Positions 38,520-50,734 of a stretch of 64,000 bases of DNA are shown piece by piece; position 1 is the stretch's first letter; the number at the start of each line of letters is the position of its first letter. The notes under the pieces are model-generated. The model saw nothing but the letters and a program-made list of their open reading frames with translations. It was not told where the DNA came from and searched no databases. Source of the DNA: Octopus sinensis (taxonomy: Eukaryota); assembly GCF_006345805.1 (NCBI RefSeq), contig NC_043001.1, positions 73,842,001 to 73,906,000 of the forward strand. Direction: 5' to 3'. Both the position numbers and the translations under genes were made by a program.

Positions 38520-38650
38520 CAACCTCATGCTTCTAGGTTTGGTTCCATTGTGTGGCATCTTGGGCAAGTGTCATCTACTACAGTCCCAGGTCAACCAAAG
38601 CCCTGTGAGTGGATTTGGTTGATGGAAACTTAAAGATGCCCAGCACATGT
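38520..38650 (+). mobile_element. SINE family A head
   Basis: TGTGTGGCATCTTGGGCAAGTG...GTGAGTGGATTTGGTTGATGGAAAC. Confidence 0.7.
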
Positions 38651-39774
38651 GTGTGTGTATGTATGTTCATCTGTGTCTGTCCGTCCATTCATCTATCCAT
38701 CATCCACCCATCTATCTATTTGATATCCATTTATCTGGATAGACATTAGCTCCTGGTTCTTACATTTTGAAAACAGTATACTCCAACTGCATGTAGATGG
38801 ATAATCTGCACGTGTGTGTGTGTGTGTGAGAGAGTATAGAAACATTGTTTTATAGATTAAGTAAATTTTACATTCCTCACGTAATGAGAATGTATTGAGA
38901 TTAACAAGGAGTTTGTGTGTGTGTGGAGGGAGCATACTACAGAAAACAATGCAGGATGCAGAGAAAAGAGTTAGAGAAAGCTGGAGAGGATGATGATGAT
39001 GATGTAACTTAATACTGAATGGACTGAGGAAGAGACTAGTTGAGAGAAATCCAGTTGTCTATTGCCTTCATTTGCAACAGCAGTCATTGAAAAAAATCTG
39101 AGGATTCTCATGAAAATAATGCCAAGTTTTTATTTACTATTGTGTTTTATTGATATTTAGGAAACATAATTTATCTTTATTTACATGTTTGTGTGCATTA
39201 GGGTCTGTTTTAGCTTCCACTCTCTCTCTCTCTATCTCTCTCTCTCGCCTTGTTATTTGCATGCTCACCTCAAAATGATATTTTTATATAAAAGAATTAC
39301 AGTTTTTATTGATCAATATCTGAAGGGTGAAAGCAGATAGTTGGCATTATACTGTATTGGTGCAGTCAGGCCTATTTACTGAACAAAACTCCTGTCGTTT
39401 ATGTTGCTATCTCTCTATCTAGATAGAACTCTTTAGTGTTTCTCTTCCTGTATGGATTATTCTGAGCAGATCTTGCCTATTTGCATCAATACCCTAAATG
39501 GTCTTACTTGACCATTCATTCAATACTTTATACCTTTCATGTAACTGTATTGAGGAAGCCTGTCTGTTATATGCAACAGAAGCAATATTAGATTAAAATT
39601 GCTATTTGTTTGCCATACTGAATGCAAATACATTGTAAAAAAGCTAATTTGCAGCAGTATTCCTCTTGACATAATATATCTCTTATGGATATACCATATT
39701 TTAAAATGCTGCTACTGATATATTTGTGTTTGAAACACATCAAGAAGACTTGTTTGTCTGCCACAACAGAATTG

Positions 39775-39995
39775 ATACAGGTGCTAGTACCACATAGAAA
39801 GCACTGGTGCTGGTGCCACACTAAAAGCACCCAGTACACTTTGTGGAGTGGTTGGTGTTAGAAAGGGCATCCAGACCTAGAAACCATGCCAGAACAGACA
39901 GTGGAGCCTGGTGTGGCCCCTGGCCTTACCAGCTCTGGTCAAACTGTCCAACCCATGCCAGCATGGAAAACAGGTATTAAATGATGATGATGTTA
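39775..39995 (+). mobile_element. Family R module
   Basis: GGAGTGGTTGGTGTTAGAAAGGGCATCC...CATGGAAAA...(GAT)n. Confidence 0.75.
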
Positions 39996-40199
39996 ATGAA
40001 TACATCCATAAGTGACATCTCCAGATAAATACCACATTAAATTGGCCTTTTTTATGATGTATTTTGTATGGTACACAGGTGGCTATTATAAAGCCTCTCT
40101 GTGAACAAAGTTGTAGTAGTTAATTTACCGGAGATGACTTTTAAAATGAGAATATCTGAAATAAACTTGACTGCTCTCACAAATGAGAATACTAAAATG

Positions 40200-40437
40200 A
40201 ACCTGACCACTCTCAAAAATGAAGTAAAAAAACAGGAAAAATGATCCAGAATCCTTGTCTGGTATCAGATCGATCACAAAATCTAATAAGTTCATACCAG
40301 TCAGGAGGCCAAGACATCCCTGAAAGTTTCATCCAAATCCATGCATTGGTTCTTGAGATATCTTGACCATGGACAAACAAACAAACAAATACAACTGAAA
40401 ACAATGCCTCTGTCTTTGCTAGGACAGAGGTAATAAT
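40200..40437 (+). mobile_element. Helentron-associated (HINE/DINE-1-like) non-autonomous element, 3' part
   Basis: AAAGTTTCATCCAAATCC...TTGAGATATC core, (CAAA)n microsatellite, 3' hairpin CCTCTGTC-N8-GACAGAGG (40407-40430), then TAATAAT. Confidence 0.7.
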
Positions 40438-40719
40438 CCCAAGAAGACTTACTAATCCATGAAGAATGAGATAGGAAATTCATATTGGCAGAATATGTAC
40501 TTGGAAGAATGAGGTATCAAAGTAAAAAGAAGTTCATGCTGGAGTACGACCGTGAAAGGTGAAAAATATTGACCCCACTACTTAGGTTTTAAAGTCTGGT
40601 TCTTGTTCTATTTGTCTTTTGTTGAAATGTAGTTATGGGGAGATAAACAAACCAATACCGGTTGTCAAGAAGTGTTTGTGCATATGACAAAGATACACAC
40701 GTATAGACATGCATGTACA

Positions 40720-40880
40720 TACATACACACACACTCAGAGGCTTTCACACAGTTTCCATCTATTGGTTGTCTTGGGGCTATGGTAGAAGACACTTGTCCA
40801 AAGTGCCATGCTGTGGGACAGAACTCAAAACATGGTTGCAAAATGAGCTTCTTACCCATACAGTTATACCTGTGCTTATA
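40720..40880 (-). mobile_element. SINE family A head
   Basis: AGTTTCCATC...GGGGCTATGGTAGAAGACACTTGTCC...GGGACAGAAC. Confidence 0.65.
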
Positions 40881-41029
40881 CCATATCTGTGTTAGATAAC
40901 ATTTCTTTTAAATTAAGTTCATATATATGCTCTTTTACTCCTTTACGATTTTCAGCCTGATTCAGCTGATACGCTGTGGCCATTCTGGAGCACTGGCATT
41001 GATGTTACTTGGATTTTCACAGCCCTCTC

Positions 41030-41300
41030 TTTCTGTGGTGGGTTCCTAGTAAAGGAGGGAGTTAAGATACTAATACCCTTATCTGTATTCCTTGCCACCA
41101 TGTTAGTTTGTCTGGGATCTTATATAAAGAGATGCCCTGCGTTTATTAACCCCCTCTCCACACCTGTAGTATTGAAGAGTTGTGGGTCTTAGAGCACTAT
41201 TGGATCTTGAATGTAGATGGGGGAGGGTGGAACCTTTGGTGCACTGCGGTGGTGTCTAAAACAGGGATTGACTTTGTAGCTTTCAGACCAATGTTTGACA
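41030..41300 (+). mobile_element. Possible Tx1-like LINE post-RT relic
   Basis: GC-richer island with a broken frame VFLATML...CPAF; weak. Confidence 0.3.
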
Positions 41301-41440
41301 CTAGATACTCCCATGCATATTTATATATGTACACATATATATATATATCGTATTGAATCCTATTTTGTATTAAATCTAATTTTAATTCAACATCTTTTTC
41401 TCCTCCATTTTTCTATAATTGTTTATGGTATCTTTATACC

Positions 41441-41477
<37 letters not shown>

Positions 41478-42029
41478 TGTGTTTGTGTACAAATGTATAT
41501 ACTAAGAGCAGAGCATGTACAACAAAAGTGTATTTACACAGCAAACTGTAGTGGCTTGTATTATGTTTTTCTTAACAATACAAACATACAGATAAGATAT
41601 ATATCTCTCTCTCCCTCTCTTTCCCTCTCACACACAAACACATCCACAAATCCAAATATGATGGGATGGCTGGAGGAGTGGAAGTAGGGAGGTGAGATAA
41701 GATATGGAGAATAAATGGGTGGGGTTGTGTTGGATTACAGGTTACCCCAACTTTGTATTGAAGCATGTCAGTGTGTGTGTGTGTGTGGTGTGTGTGTGTG
41801 TGTGTGAACATGTTTGTGAATGGACGTTTTGTGTGTGTGTGTGTGTGTGTGTGAAAAAGGAAGGTAATCAGTGTGAACAAGTTATGGAAGCACTGAGGAT
41901 ACTGACAGTGCAAAGTGGGTCAGTGTCTGAGGGTGTGAACTAGTGTATGAGGGGAACCAATGCCAGAGAATTTGACTTCCCTAAACATAGCTTCCAAATC
42001 TCTTCTCAACAAACTTTCTATTGCCTTAA

Positions 42030-42213
42030 CCCTTTAACATTCAGCTTTCTCTATAAAATATAATGCTTGTTTATTCATATTGTTGATCTCAATGATTTGA
42101 TTGTTTAATTTTACAATGACGTGGGGCAAGTGTGAAAAGCTGGACATGGCCAGTTTGATCATAGAACAGGTAGATTATTTGAACCGGATATGGCTGGTTT
42201 AAATGCTAAACGA
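42030..42213. mobile_element. piggyBac-like MITE
   Basis: TTAA-CCCTTTAACATT ... AATGCTAAACGA-TTAA; TTAA on both flanks; homologous to 13722-13931. Confidence 0.7.
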
Positions 42214-42499
42214 TTAAAAATTTGAGATCACATAGTTAGAGCAAAAACATTGTAATTCAGTGAAAGAGCTTGACCTGCTAGTAGTAGCAAGCAGCAGCCA
42301 GATCTTCTTAAATCACACCCTGCCATTTTTAAAAATAGAAGGACTTGCTAAATAATGTAGCCCTAACTATACAATTTCTCAATAAAAGATAGGAAGGTCA
42401 TGTATAGAACACCTTTGAGCATTGAGTATATATGATTACATTATTAAACATCATTCATTTTTTAAAATATAAGGAGTTAAATCACAACATTAATTGGAA

Positions 42500-42815
42500 T
42501 GCAGTAGCAAACAGTTCACTGCTGTATTCTATTCCACTTGTTCTAAACAGGCATTGTATGGAACTTCACTCCTGCTATATTCTATTCACCAAATTGTAAA
42601 CTGGTATCATGTAGAGGTACAATTTATTGTTGTACCCAGTCTACTAAACTGTAAATAAGTGCTATGTAGAGGTACAGCCCACAAAACTGTAAATAGGTAT
42701 GATGTAGAGGTGCAGTTTATTGTCACATTCTGTCCCACAAGCTGTAAACAGGTATCATGCAGAGGTGTGGTTCACTGATGTAGTCAGTTCCCCAAATTAT
42801 AAACAGGTACCTGTT
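42500..42815. repeat. Degenerate ~50-56-bp tandem repeat
   Basis: Core AA(A/G)CTGTAAA(C/T)AGGTATCATG(T/C)AGAGGT recurs about 5 times. Confidence 0.6.
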
Positions 42816-42984
42816 CACCTATTTGGTACTTATTTTAATATTATTGCTTGTATTGAGTTAAAACCTCAGACCACAAAGGTGCAAAGCAAGTCTCTTAACC
42901 ACATAGCCATACCTGTGTCTAGTTTATCTGTATTATTTCACTAAGATATTAGACACACTGATAGATAATAGCTACTTCAAGAGA

Positions 42985-43190
42985 TGATAGATGCTGGAAC
43001 TGGATCAGCCACATCCTCTGACAAGATCGAAGGGGAAACGAGTAGCAGGGTGCCCATAAAACCACATGGTGAAGGACCATTGATGAGGAAAGAAGACAAA
43101 AAGGGTGGAGAGACTAGAATGAGACAGAAGAGTGACAGAAAACAGAACTGATTGGAGAGATTGTGTTGTAGCCTTATGTGCCTCATGATA
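42985..43190 (+). mobile_element. RTE-like LINE C-terminal relic
   Basis: Broken frames RCWNWISHIL...KTTW...GW...DWRDCVVALCAS. Confidence 0.6.
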
Positions 43191-43502
43191 GAGACAACTA
43201 ACTAACTTCAAGAACTGAGAGGAGTTTTATATGATAAACTTTTATGATGTCACTTTTCTTTCGTGGACAAATAAAGGACTGCTTATTTTTATTATTTGTA
43301 ATTATAATATGTCTAATAACAATGACATATTTAGAATTTTGTCTCTCCTTTTTCAGTCTCCTAATTTTGTTTTTTCTTTGTAAACATCACAGCTACCTTA
43401 TGTGGTCTAACTGGTTTAAAAGTTACTGAAATTGTTTTAACTAAGCTAAATTTCATCTGTTAATAATAATAATAAAAATAATAATAATAATAATGATGAT
43501 AA

Positions 43503-43665
43503 AAATGGTTTCAAATTTTGCCACAAGGACAGCCATTTTGGGGGAGGGGATGTGTCAGTTACATTGACCCTAGTCTTCAACTGGTACTTAATTTATCGAC
43601 CCCGAAAAGATGAAAGGCAAAGTCCACCTTGGTGGAATTTGAACTCAGAATGTAGCAGCAGATGA
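43503..43665 (-). mobile_element. SINE family M
   Basis: CTGGTACTTAATTTATCGACCCCGAAAAGATGAAAGGCAAAGTCCACC...GAACTCAGAA. Confidence 0.8.
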
Positions 43666-44637
43666 ATAATTAAGCAGTGAATTATTTTTGTAATTGAAAA
43701 TGTTTTAGCAGTGACATTACACAACTTGAAAATGTAAATGTAAAATGCTCATTGCTTTTTCCTAACTTGTATACACACATGCACACACACACACACACGC
43801 ACATGCTGTTTTTTGTTACATGTTCATTGTGTGTTTGTATTTTAGATTCAGTTTGATATCCACATATTTTAGAAATAATTCATAAAGGAAATGTGTGAAG
43901 TCCTTCCACTGGTAACGAGGAGGAAAACAGTAGTTTTTAGATTACGTTAATTTGTCTGGCTATTTCTGGCTTTGCCACACCATTAAACAGCGGAAATATA
44001 TTTCAGAAAAATTGCTGGTAATTTGACTCGGGCCTAGTTAAACATGATTATTGTCTAGTTTATTATTGGTTATAAGAATCTCAGACCATTAAGTGCCTGC
44101 TCCACTACTTGCATCCTGAATTTCTAGTCTCTGCATTATTAAACCAACATTGATAGTTAGATTAACTGAAACAAATGAAGACTCCTGGGTAAGATGTAGT
44201 GTAAAGAACAATAATGTCATCACAAGAAACTGTGGATCTGATGAAGAAATGTAAAAATCTTGAAATAAATTCAGCTTGAGACTGCATTGACGAAGATCAG
44301 CTATATCACTCCGAGGACATATTTATTCACCCTGAAGAGATTGTACAAATTATGCATGAATCCCTGCATATGCAGCAATTTGCAATTGATATGATGGAAA
44401 CACATGTTGGACAATTATTATGAATAAACCAAGGAGAAAGTCTGAATGTACAAATTCTTCATTTTCCTTATTAACAGTATTGTGATTTTATACTCTAAGT
44501 AGCCAGGAAACAAACTGTAACACCAGATAGTAGTTTTTAGGAAATATACCATAAAATTGACCATCGGAAGAAACCGGCCTTGGCACCTTACGTAGAGTAA
44601 CACGTTATCTGCCTAGATACTTATATTCCTCCTCTTA

Positions 44638-44671
<34 letters not shown>

Positions 44672-44674
44672 CAT

Positions 44675-45120
44675 TGTCATCATCAGCAGCAGCATCTTTT
44701 AATGGCCATTGTCCATGCTTGACCAGGCTGGTAAGCCAAGGGGCTGCACCAGACTCCAGTCTGTTTTGGCATGGTTGCTACAGTTTGATGCCCTTCCTAA
44801 TGCCAGCCACTTCGCAAATGTAATGGGTGCTCTTAAGTGTCACCGGCACAAATACAAGTTGTGTGACACCAGTATCTGCTATGACTATGATATCACTTGG
44901 CTTGATGGGTTTACTTCTCAAGCATGGCATATTGCCAAGAGTCTTGGTTATTTGTCATTGCCTCCGTGAGGCCCAACTCTCAAAAGATGTTTTTTTTATG
45001 TACCAGTTATGTGACAGTGACATGGGCCACAACTATGATTTCACTTGGCTTGACAGGTCTTCCCAAGCACGGCAAAGGACTTGGTTACTTGTCATTGCCT
45101 CAGTGAGGCCCAAATTCGAA
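44675..45120 (-). mobile_element. RTE 3' end with duplicated C-terminal segment plus family R module
   Basis: Two copies of GGGCCTCA.(G/T)GAGGCAATGAC (GLTEAMT) at ~44955 and ~45095, then the R module and (GAT/GCT)n tail. Confidence 0.75.
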
Positions 45121-45134
45121 ATACACACACACAC

Positions 45135-45350
45135 AGTGAGGGTGTGTGGCTTAGTGTTCATGGTGTTGTACTCATGATCACAAGATTGTGGTTTCAGTTC
45201 CTAGATTGCTCTGTAGTCATTTTGACACACCATGCATCTGTGCAGGTAATGTTGATATGATGAAGGGTGTGAGCTAATGTACAGGACAAACATTTGATCA
45301 CTATAACCAAATCATGTATGCAGGTTGTTCTGCAAGAAATTGTAGACCCC
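45135..45350 (+). mobile_element. SINE family T, internally deleted
   Basis: GTGTGTGGCTTAGTG...GTACTCATGATC...ACATTTGATCACTATAA. Confidence 0.6.
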
Positions 45351-46474
45351 TCATCTTCCATTTACAACAGGAAAGTCCTTTCTTAGATTAGTAAAAGAAC
45401 ACACATCAGCACATCGCAGCTCCTTGCCCATGTACATGGCTACTTTTCTGTTCTTCTTTTACCACTTATGCAACAGCTTTTGCTCCTGCCTTCCAATCAG
45501 TCCTCTCATCTCCCTTACTGTGTCATTCCCTCTGATGTCGTACACTAATTCATTCTTCACCCATCATAGCTCTAACCTTTCCAAACTACCTCTCTACCCC
45601 ATTTTTCTTGCAGATCATGACCTTCTTCTTATCTTCTTAGGTCTGACATGAGCCTACAGGCTCCTTGGGCCAGAGCCTAACCTGGTTGTTGACCTGCCAG
45701 AGTTCAAAAATGAAAATTAACATTGATCACATTATTCTCACTGGGAACATTGATTAAAGGTCATAGGTGACTTATTAATTATAAAAATAAATGACCAAAG
45801 AAGTATTGTAGTCAATTGATGATAAAAGCAGCAGGCACATCTAATCTAAGATAACATAGAATAAATAAACATAAGAATGATTATGATGTTATAATTATAG
45901 TACAGCAGTCACACATCAATGAATTCAAGGTTTTCACTGTCGTTTCATCAGAGAGAGAGAGAGAGGCTGTTACAGTTACAAAGCTTGGGCTCTGATCTAT
46001 ATTCAGTTCCTTCCATGACCTCATACTTTGGTCATGTGAAATGTTTATTGTGGTATGTCTTTATTAAGAAACTATGTCAGTTTCAACTCAGTGACATTAT
46101 ACAGTCTTATTGTGAAGTGGTTACATTAAAGATATTCTGTTTATTTTCATGTCATTATCAAATAAATATAATTAATTTGCTAAAGTCATTACATTAGAGT
46201 GTAGTATTGCAGTATTTGTTGTGATTTTCTGTATTCTAAGTTCAAATCTTACTGGGGTCAACTTTGACTTTCATCCTTTCAGGGTTGATAAAAAAGTACA
46301 AGACCATGGTCACGTATCAGGGGATTGGTGGAAGGTGGAACATCAGACTCTTTATGGTATTTGTTTAGGCTCTTTACATTTTGAGTTCAAATCCCACCAA
46401 GGCCTACTTGATTTGACACTCACCTGTTACCATGAAGGCATTTAACAGAGTTTTCTGTTTTAAGTGTGAGGGTG

Positions 46475-46775
46475 CAGGGCTGTAGTTAGAGTATCAAGCT
46501 CACAATAATGAGGTAGTGAGTTCGATTGCTGGACCGGGCTGTTGTGTTCTTGAGCAAGACACTTTATTTTACATTGCTCCAGTTCACTCAGCTGTGAAAA
46601 TGAGTTGCGGTGTCACTGGTGCCAAGCTGTTTCAGCCTATGGCATGGAGGGAGGAGGTTTGTATGCCTGGGTGACTGCTGGTCTTCCATAAAACAACCTT
46701 GGCTGGACTTGTGTCACAGAAGGAATTTTCTAGGTGCAATCCCATGGTCATTCATGACTAAAAGGGGTCTTTACT
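46475..46775 (+). mobile_element. SINE family T
   Basis: GAGGTAGTGAGTTCGATTGC...CTTGAGCAAGACACTTTATTTTACATTGCTCCAG...AAGGGGTCTTT. Confidence 0.8.
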
Positions 46776-47804
46776 CTGTTGCAAGTAGTCTACAGATACT
46801 ATCCTCCAGCCCTCCAGTTTCAGAGGCCTTCTCATTGGGACATGGACACTGCCTTTTCTCTTGAATAAAAGGTTGTTTTTTTTAAAATGAGAGAAAAAGC
46901 AAAAATAAAAAAAAACAAAACAGGGACAACTGATCCCCTCTGAGAAATGAATCTGAAATAGCAGGTGTATAAGTTTGTTGGAAGTCTGAATGGAGTAGCC
47001 AGAGAGTGTAATTGCATTGGTGATGTAAAGTAGATTCTTTTTTTTTTTTATTTCATCCTAGCTATTGTTCTGATATATTCTCACCAATGAAAGAATTTCT
47101 CTTCTAATTCTTCAAGTAGGCTACTTTGGTAACTATCGATTCACTGTTGAGAGATTTTTGTTCTTCTTCCTCATCTCTCTCTCTGTTTTTATGTCTGTTT
47201 TCTCGCCATTTCTTTATTTATCAATCATTAATTTAAAGTATTTTATTGTTTGCTGCTTTGTTTCTGGTTCATCGGAACCTGGAATCTGCTGTGAAACAGA
47301 ATTGAAAGGCATTTGGAAAATAAGGAATAAATCTCAAATGGATTTTTGAGGACTTTCACATTCTATTCAAGTATAAGAAAAGGTTGAACAGTTTTGCCAT
47401 GTTGTATTTTAATCTCATTATTATATATTTTTAACAGTTCTCTTGCTCATTATGTAAGTTTTTTTTTTATCTCCATGAATTTTCAATAACTACTGTCAAT
47501 TTTAGATTCAGTGCAAGAAAGAAGAAAAAGCATATGTAGTAGCTAAATTAATGTAGGAAGTGTATGTGTGTGGGAGGAGCATTGAAAATTTTTAAATAAG
47601 TAATATGATAAGGTAAAAACAAAACTTTAGTCTTATTATGACTGTATCTGTAAAGTATCAACTTCACCAAAGTTGCTAAAATGGTAATGAATGAACTGTT
47701 TAGTAAATGTATAAGAATGGCGAACATTAGAATTATTTAAATATTAAATAATACAAAGATGTTATCTTCATGTGTGTATCTAGTGTACTATACATATATG
47801 TGTG

Positions 47805-47839
<35 letters not shown>

Positions 47840-47899
47840 ACTGATCAATAAATATCCGGATTGTTGTTATAGTAATGAAGATAAAGCACTCAGAGTGAA

Positions 47900-48464
47900 G
47901 CTGTTTGGCACAGATGTGCACTAAGTTTTAACGTTCCAGCTCACGTCTGCTGTTTACAGCAATACATGGAAGGAAGGTGTGTAGCATGTGATCATCAAAT
48001 TGACTATGACAGAGAAAGTTGAGCAGAGAATTTGCATCAAAGTTTGCCAAAAGCCTACCTAAGCCTACACAAAGTTTTCATTGTTCTTGACACAATCAAA
48101 GAAATCTTGTGAAACTGGAATCCAAGTGTCATTTTGGTCAGCTGAAAACAGTTTTAGCACAAATTTGGCTGACATGCATCCCATGCCCAAATCTTCAGTG
48201 ATAATGAACTGAACCGTAACTACTCTGCACATCCTCTGATAATTCATGGATTGTGATTTGCGGATTTACCCTCACAGCTGCATGCACATCTGCGATGTTT
48301 TTCTCAGTTCTGCTGGCTGTAGGCTTCCCAGAATGTTTGTCAATATCAACATTTTTTGGGCCATCTTGGAAATGTCTGAACCATTTGTACAGTTGTGTGC
48401 TGCTCATGCACTCCTCTCGATACATGTTTTGCAACTTTGCGTAAACTTCTGAACAGGTTTCAAG
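47900..48464. mobile_element. Mariner transposase 5' half with an internal inversion
   Basis: Plus strand from 48006: MTEKVEQRICIKVCQK. Minus strand 48464 to 48065: LETCSEVYAKLQNMYREECMSSTQLYKWF..HSGKP..SAKFV(P)KL. Confidence 0.8.
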
Positions 48465-48589
48465 TATGATGCTAGTCTTCGGGCATAGGAATTTGAATCC
48501 TGTGGCTGAAGATTAGCATCATGCTTGAAACTCAGTGTACCAAGGAGTCTGAATCAAACTGTTTTGTTCCAGTTTATATATAAAGTGTA

Positions 48590-48745
48590 GGAATGGCAGC
48601 ATTAAGAAGTTTGCTTCTCAGCCATGTGGTTTCCAATTCAGTCCTATTGTGTAGCACCTTGGGTAAGTGTATTCTACCCAGGTCCTAGGCCAACCAAACC
48701 CTTGGCAGTGGATTTTGTAAACTGGAAAAAAACCCAACATGTGAG
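48590..48745 (+). mobile_element. SINE family A head
   Basis: AAGAAGTTTGCTT...GCACCTTGGGTAAGTG...GTGGATTTTGTAAACTGG. Confidence 0.65.
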
Positions 48746-49996
48746 TATCTGTATATATTTGTATGTATATATGTTGTATGTAAAAGTGTGTTGTGTCTAT
48801 TGACATCTTTGCTTACGTATACGAAAGTTTTTATGTTTGAGCAGTGTTGTTGTTGGCACTTCTGTTAATAAATCATCTGCTCACTTTGTGCCTTTGAAAT
48901 TGTGTGGAATAAAAGAGATTTTTTACTTAAAAAGAGCTGGCATCAGGAAGCGCATTCAGCTCTGTAAAGGAGACCCTCAGTAACATATTTATCTAACCTA
49001 TGCTTGCATAGAAAAACTGACATAAAACCAAATGAACAAATAAACACTGGCATGGCTGTGTAGTTATGGTGCTTGCTTCACAACTGAATTGCTTCAGGTT
49101 TGGTCCCTGTATATAGGCTGGTGCCTTCTACTGTAGCATCAGGTAGCCAATGTCCTGTAAGTGAAAGTAGCTGATGGAAAGTGTGTGGAAGCTTGTCACG
49201 TGTGTGCATGTAGAAATGTCTTTTTGGTGTGTTGCCATTAGGAGTGTCAGAGTAAAAGGTAGTGATATTGTTTACTTTGTCTGAAGGATTAATGCCATAG
49301 TTTTTACAGACATGTGACAACCAGTTGAATGAAAAATAAATTAATTGAAAAGACAAAAAAGAGAAGAAAGAAACATAAGGGTGCTGGTCAGAGGAAGAAC
49401 ATCTGGCCATGAAATATCTGGCTCATTTTCAAATCAGGAAGATAAAACGAGTGTAAAAACAATGACAGTGATGATGCTGTCATCTTACAATAAAGTAAAA
49501 TTGTTTACGTTTCAATTCTGTATGAAACTGCTGAGACAATTTCAGTATTTATGAGATGGAATATATTCACTGGACATTCTGTATATTTTATTGACTTCTA
49601 TAATAGCCTTTTTCATTATGTCTGTTCTCATTTATGAAAGTCAGCATGTTCAATGTAAAAATCTAATGTTTGAAATGGTTTTTAACATTTCTGACACAAA
49701 ACTGTTTACATTTTGATCAGCAATGTTATTTTTAGTGAAACATTCTCTTTAAATTGATTTTGTTGTTTTCCAGTGTTTAGCTCTGTCTTATTCCTAGTAA
49801 ACTGCAACATTTATGCTGTTTCTCTAAGTTCATAGTTTTTGGTTATCATGGTTGATGTTTAAGAGTTCTGACACACATATGTTTAGTTTATGTACAAGTG
49901 TATGCCTGTACATACCCACAAATAGATACCTCTTTCTGTGTCTATCTATGCAGTTCTCTCATTTGTGTGTGTGTGTGTGTGTAATTTATGGATGTA

Positions 49997-50056
<60 letters not shown>

Positions 50057-50089
50057 ATAAATATATATTTATATAAAATAAAATAAATG

Positions 50090-50315
50090 CGCCCTTTTAA
50101 AGCCTAGTCAAGCTCACGGGCCCGGTTTCCTGGTTTCAAAGGCGTATGTGTTCCCCAGCCGGACAGGACGCCAGTCCATCACAGTGTTACTAATTTTTGC
50201 CAGCTGAGTGGACTGGAGCAATGTGAGATGAAGTGTTTTGCTCAAGAACACAACGCGTCACCCGGTCCAGGAGTCGAAACCACAATCTTACGATCATGAT
50301 GCTGACACCCTAACA
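50090..50315 (-). mobile_element. SINE family T variant
   Basis: Minus strand: GTTAGGGTGTCAGCATCATGATCG...GGTTTCGACTCC...CTTGAGCAAAACACTTC. Confidence 0.75.
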
Positions 50316-50364
50316 CCTCCACACACACACATATATATACATACATACATATACATATATATAC

Positions 50365-50680
50365 GCATGGTTCAGTGGTTACAGCATCAAGCTTACAAAC
50401 GTGAGGTTGTGAGTTCAATTCCCCTACCGGGCTGCGCGTTGTGTTCTTGAGCAAGAATCTTTATTTCACGTTGCTCCAGTTAACTCAGCTGTAGAAATGA
50501 GTTGCGGCATCACTTGTACCAAGTTGTATTGGTCTTTGCTTTACCCATGGATAATATCAGTGGTGTGGAGAAGGGAGGTTGGTATGCATGGGCAACTGCT
50601 AGCCTTCCACAAACAACCTTGCCTCAGAGGGTAACTTTCTAGGTGCAATTCTATGGTCATTCATGACTGAAGGGGTCTCA
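50365..50680 (+). mobile_element. SINE family T
   Basis: GGTTCAGTGGTT...GAGTTCAATTCCC...CTTGAGCAAG...AAGGGGTCTC. Confidence 0.8.
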
Positions 50681-50697
50681 AAAAAAAAAAATATATA

Positions 50698-50730
<33 letters not shown>

Positions 50731-50734
50731 CGCA

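Noticed and set aside
42500-42815. CRISPR-like repeat-spacer pattern
   Set aside because: Spacers are mutually homologous and of very unequal length; this is a degenerate tandem repeat.
44277-44279. Selenocysteine read-through of the TGA in the acidic frame
   Set aside because: No selenoprotein motif and no SECIS recognised; a degenerate relic is the simpler explanation.
46007-46052. 46-nt exon candidate with GTATGT donor
   Set aside because: Weak pyrimidine tract, frameshifting, and no similarity to the expected PDZ terminus.
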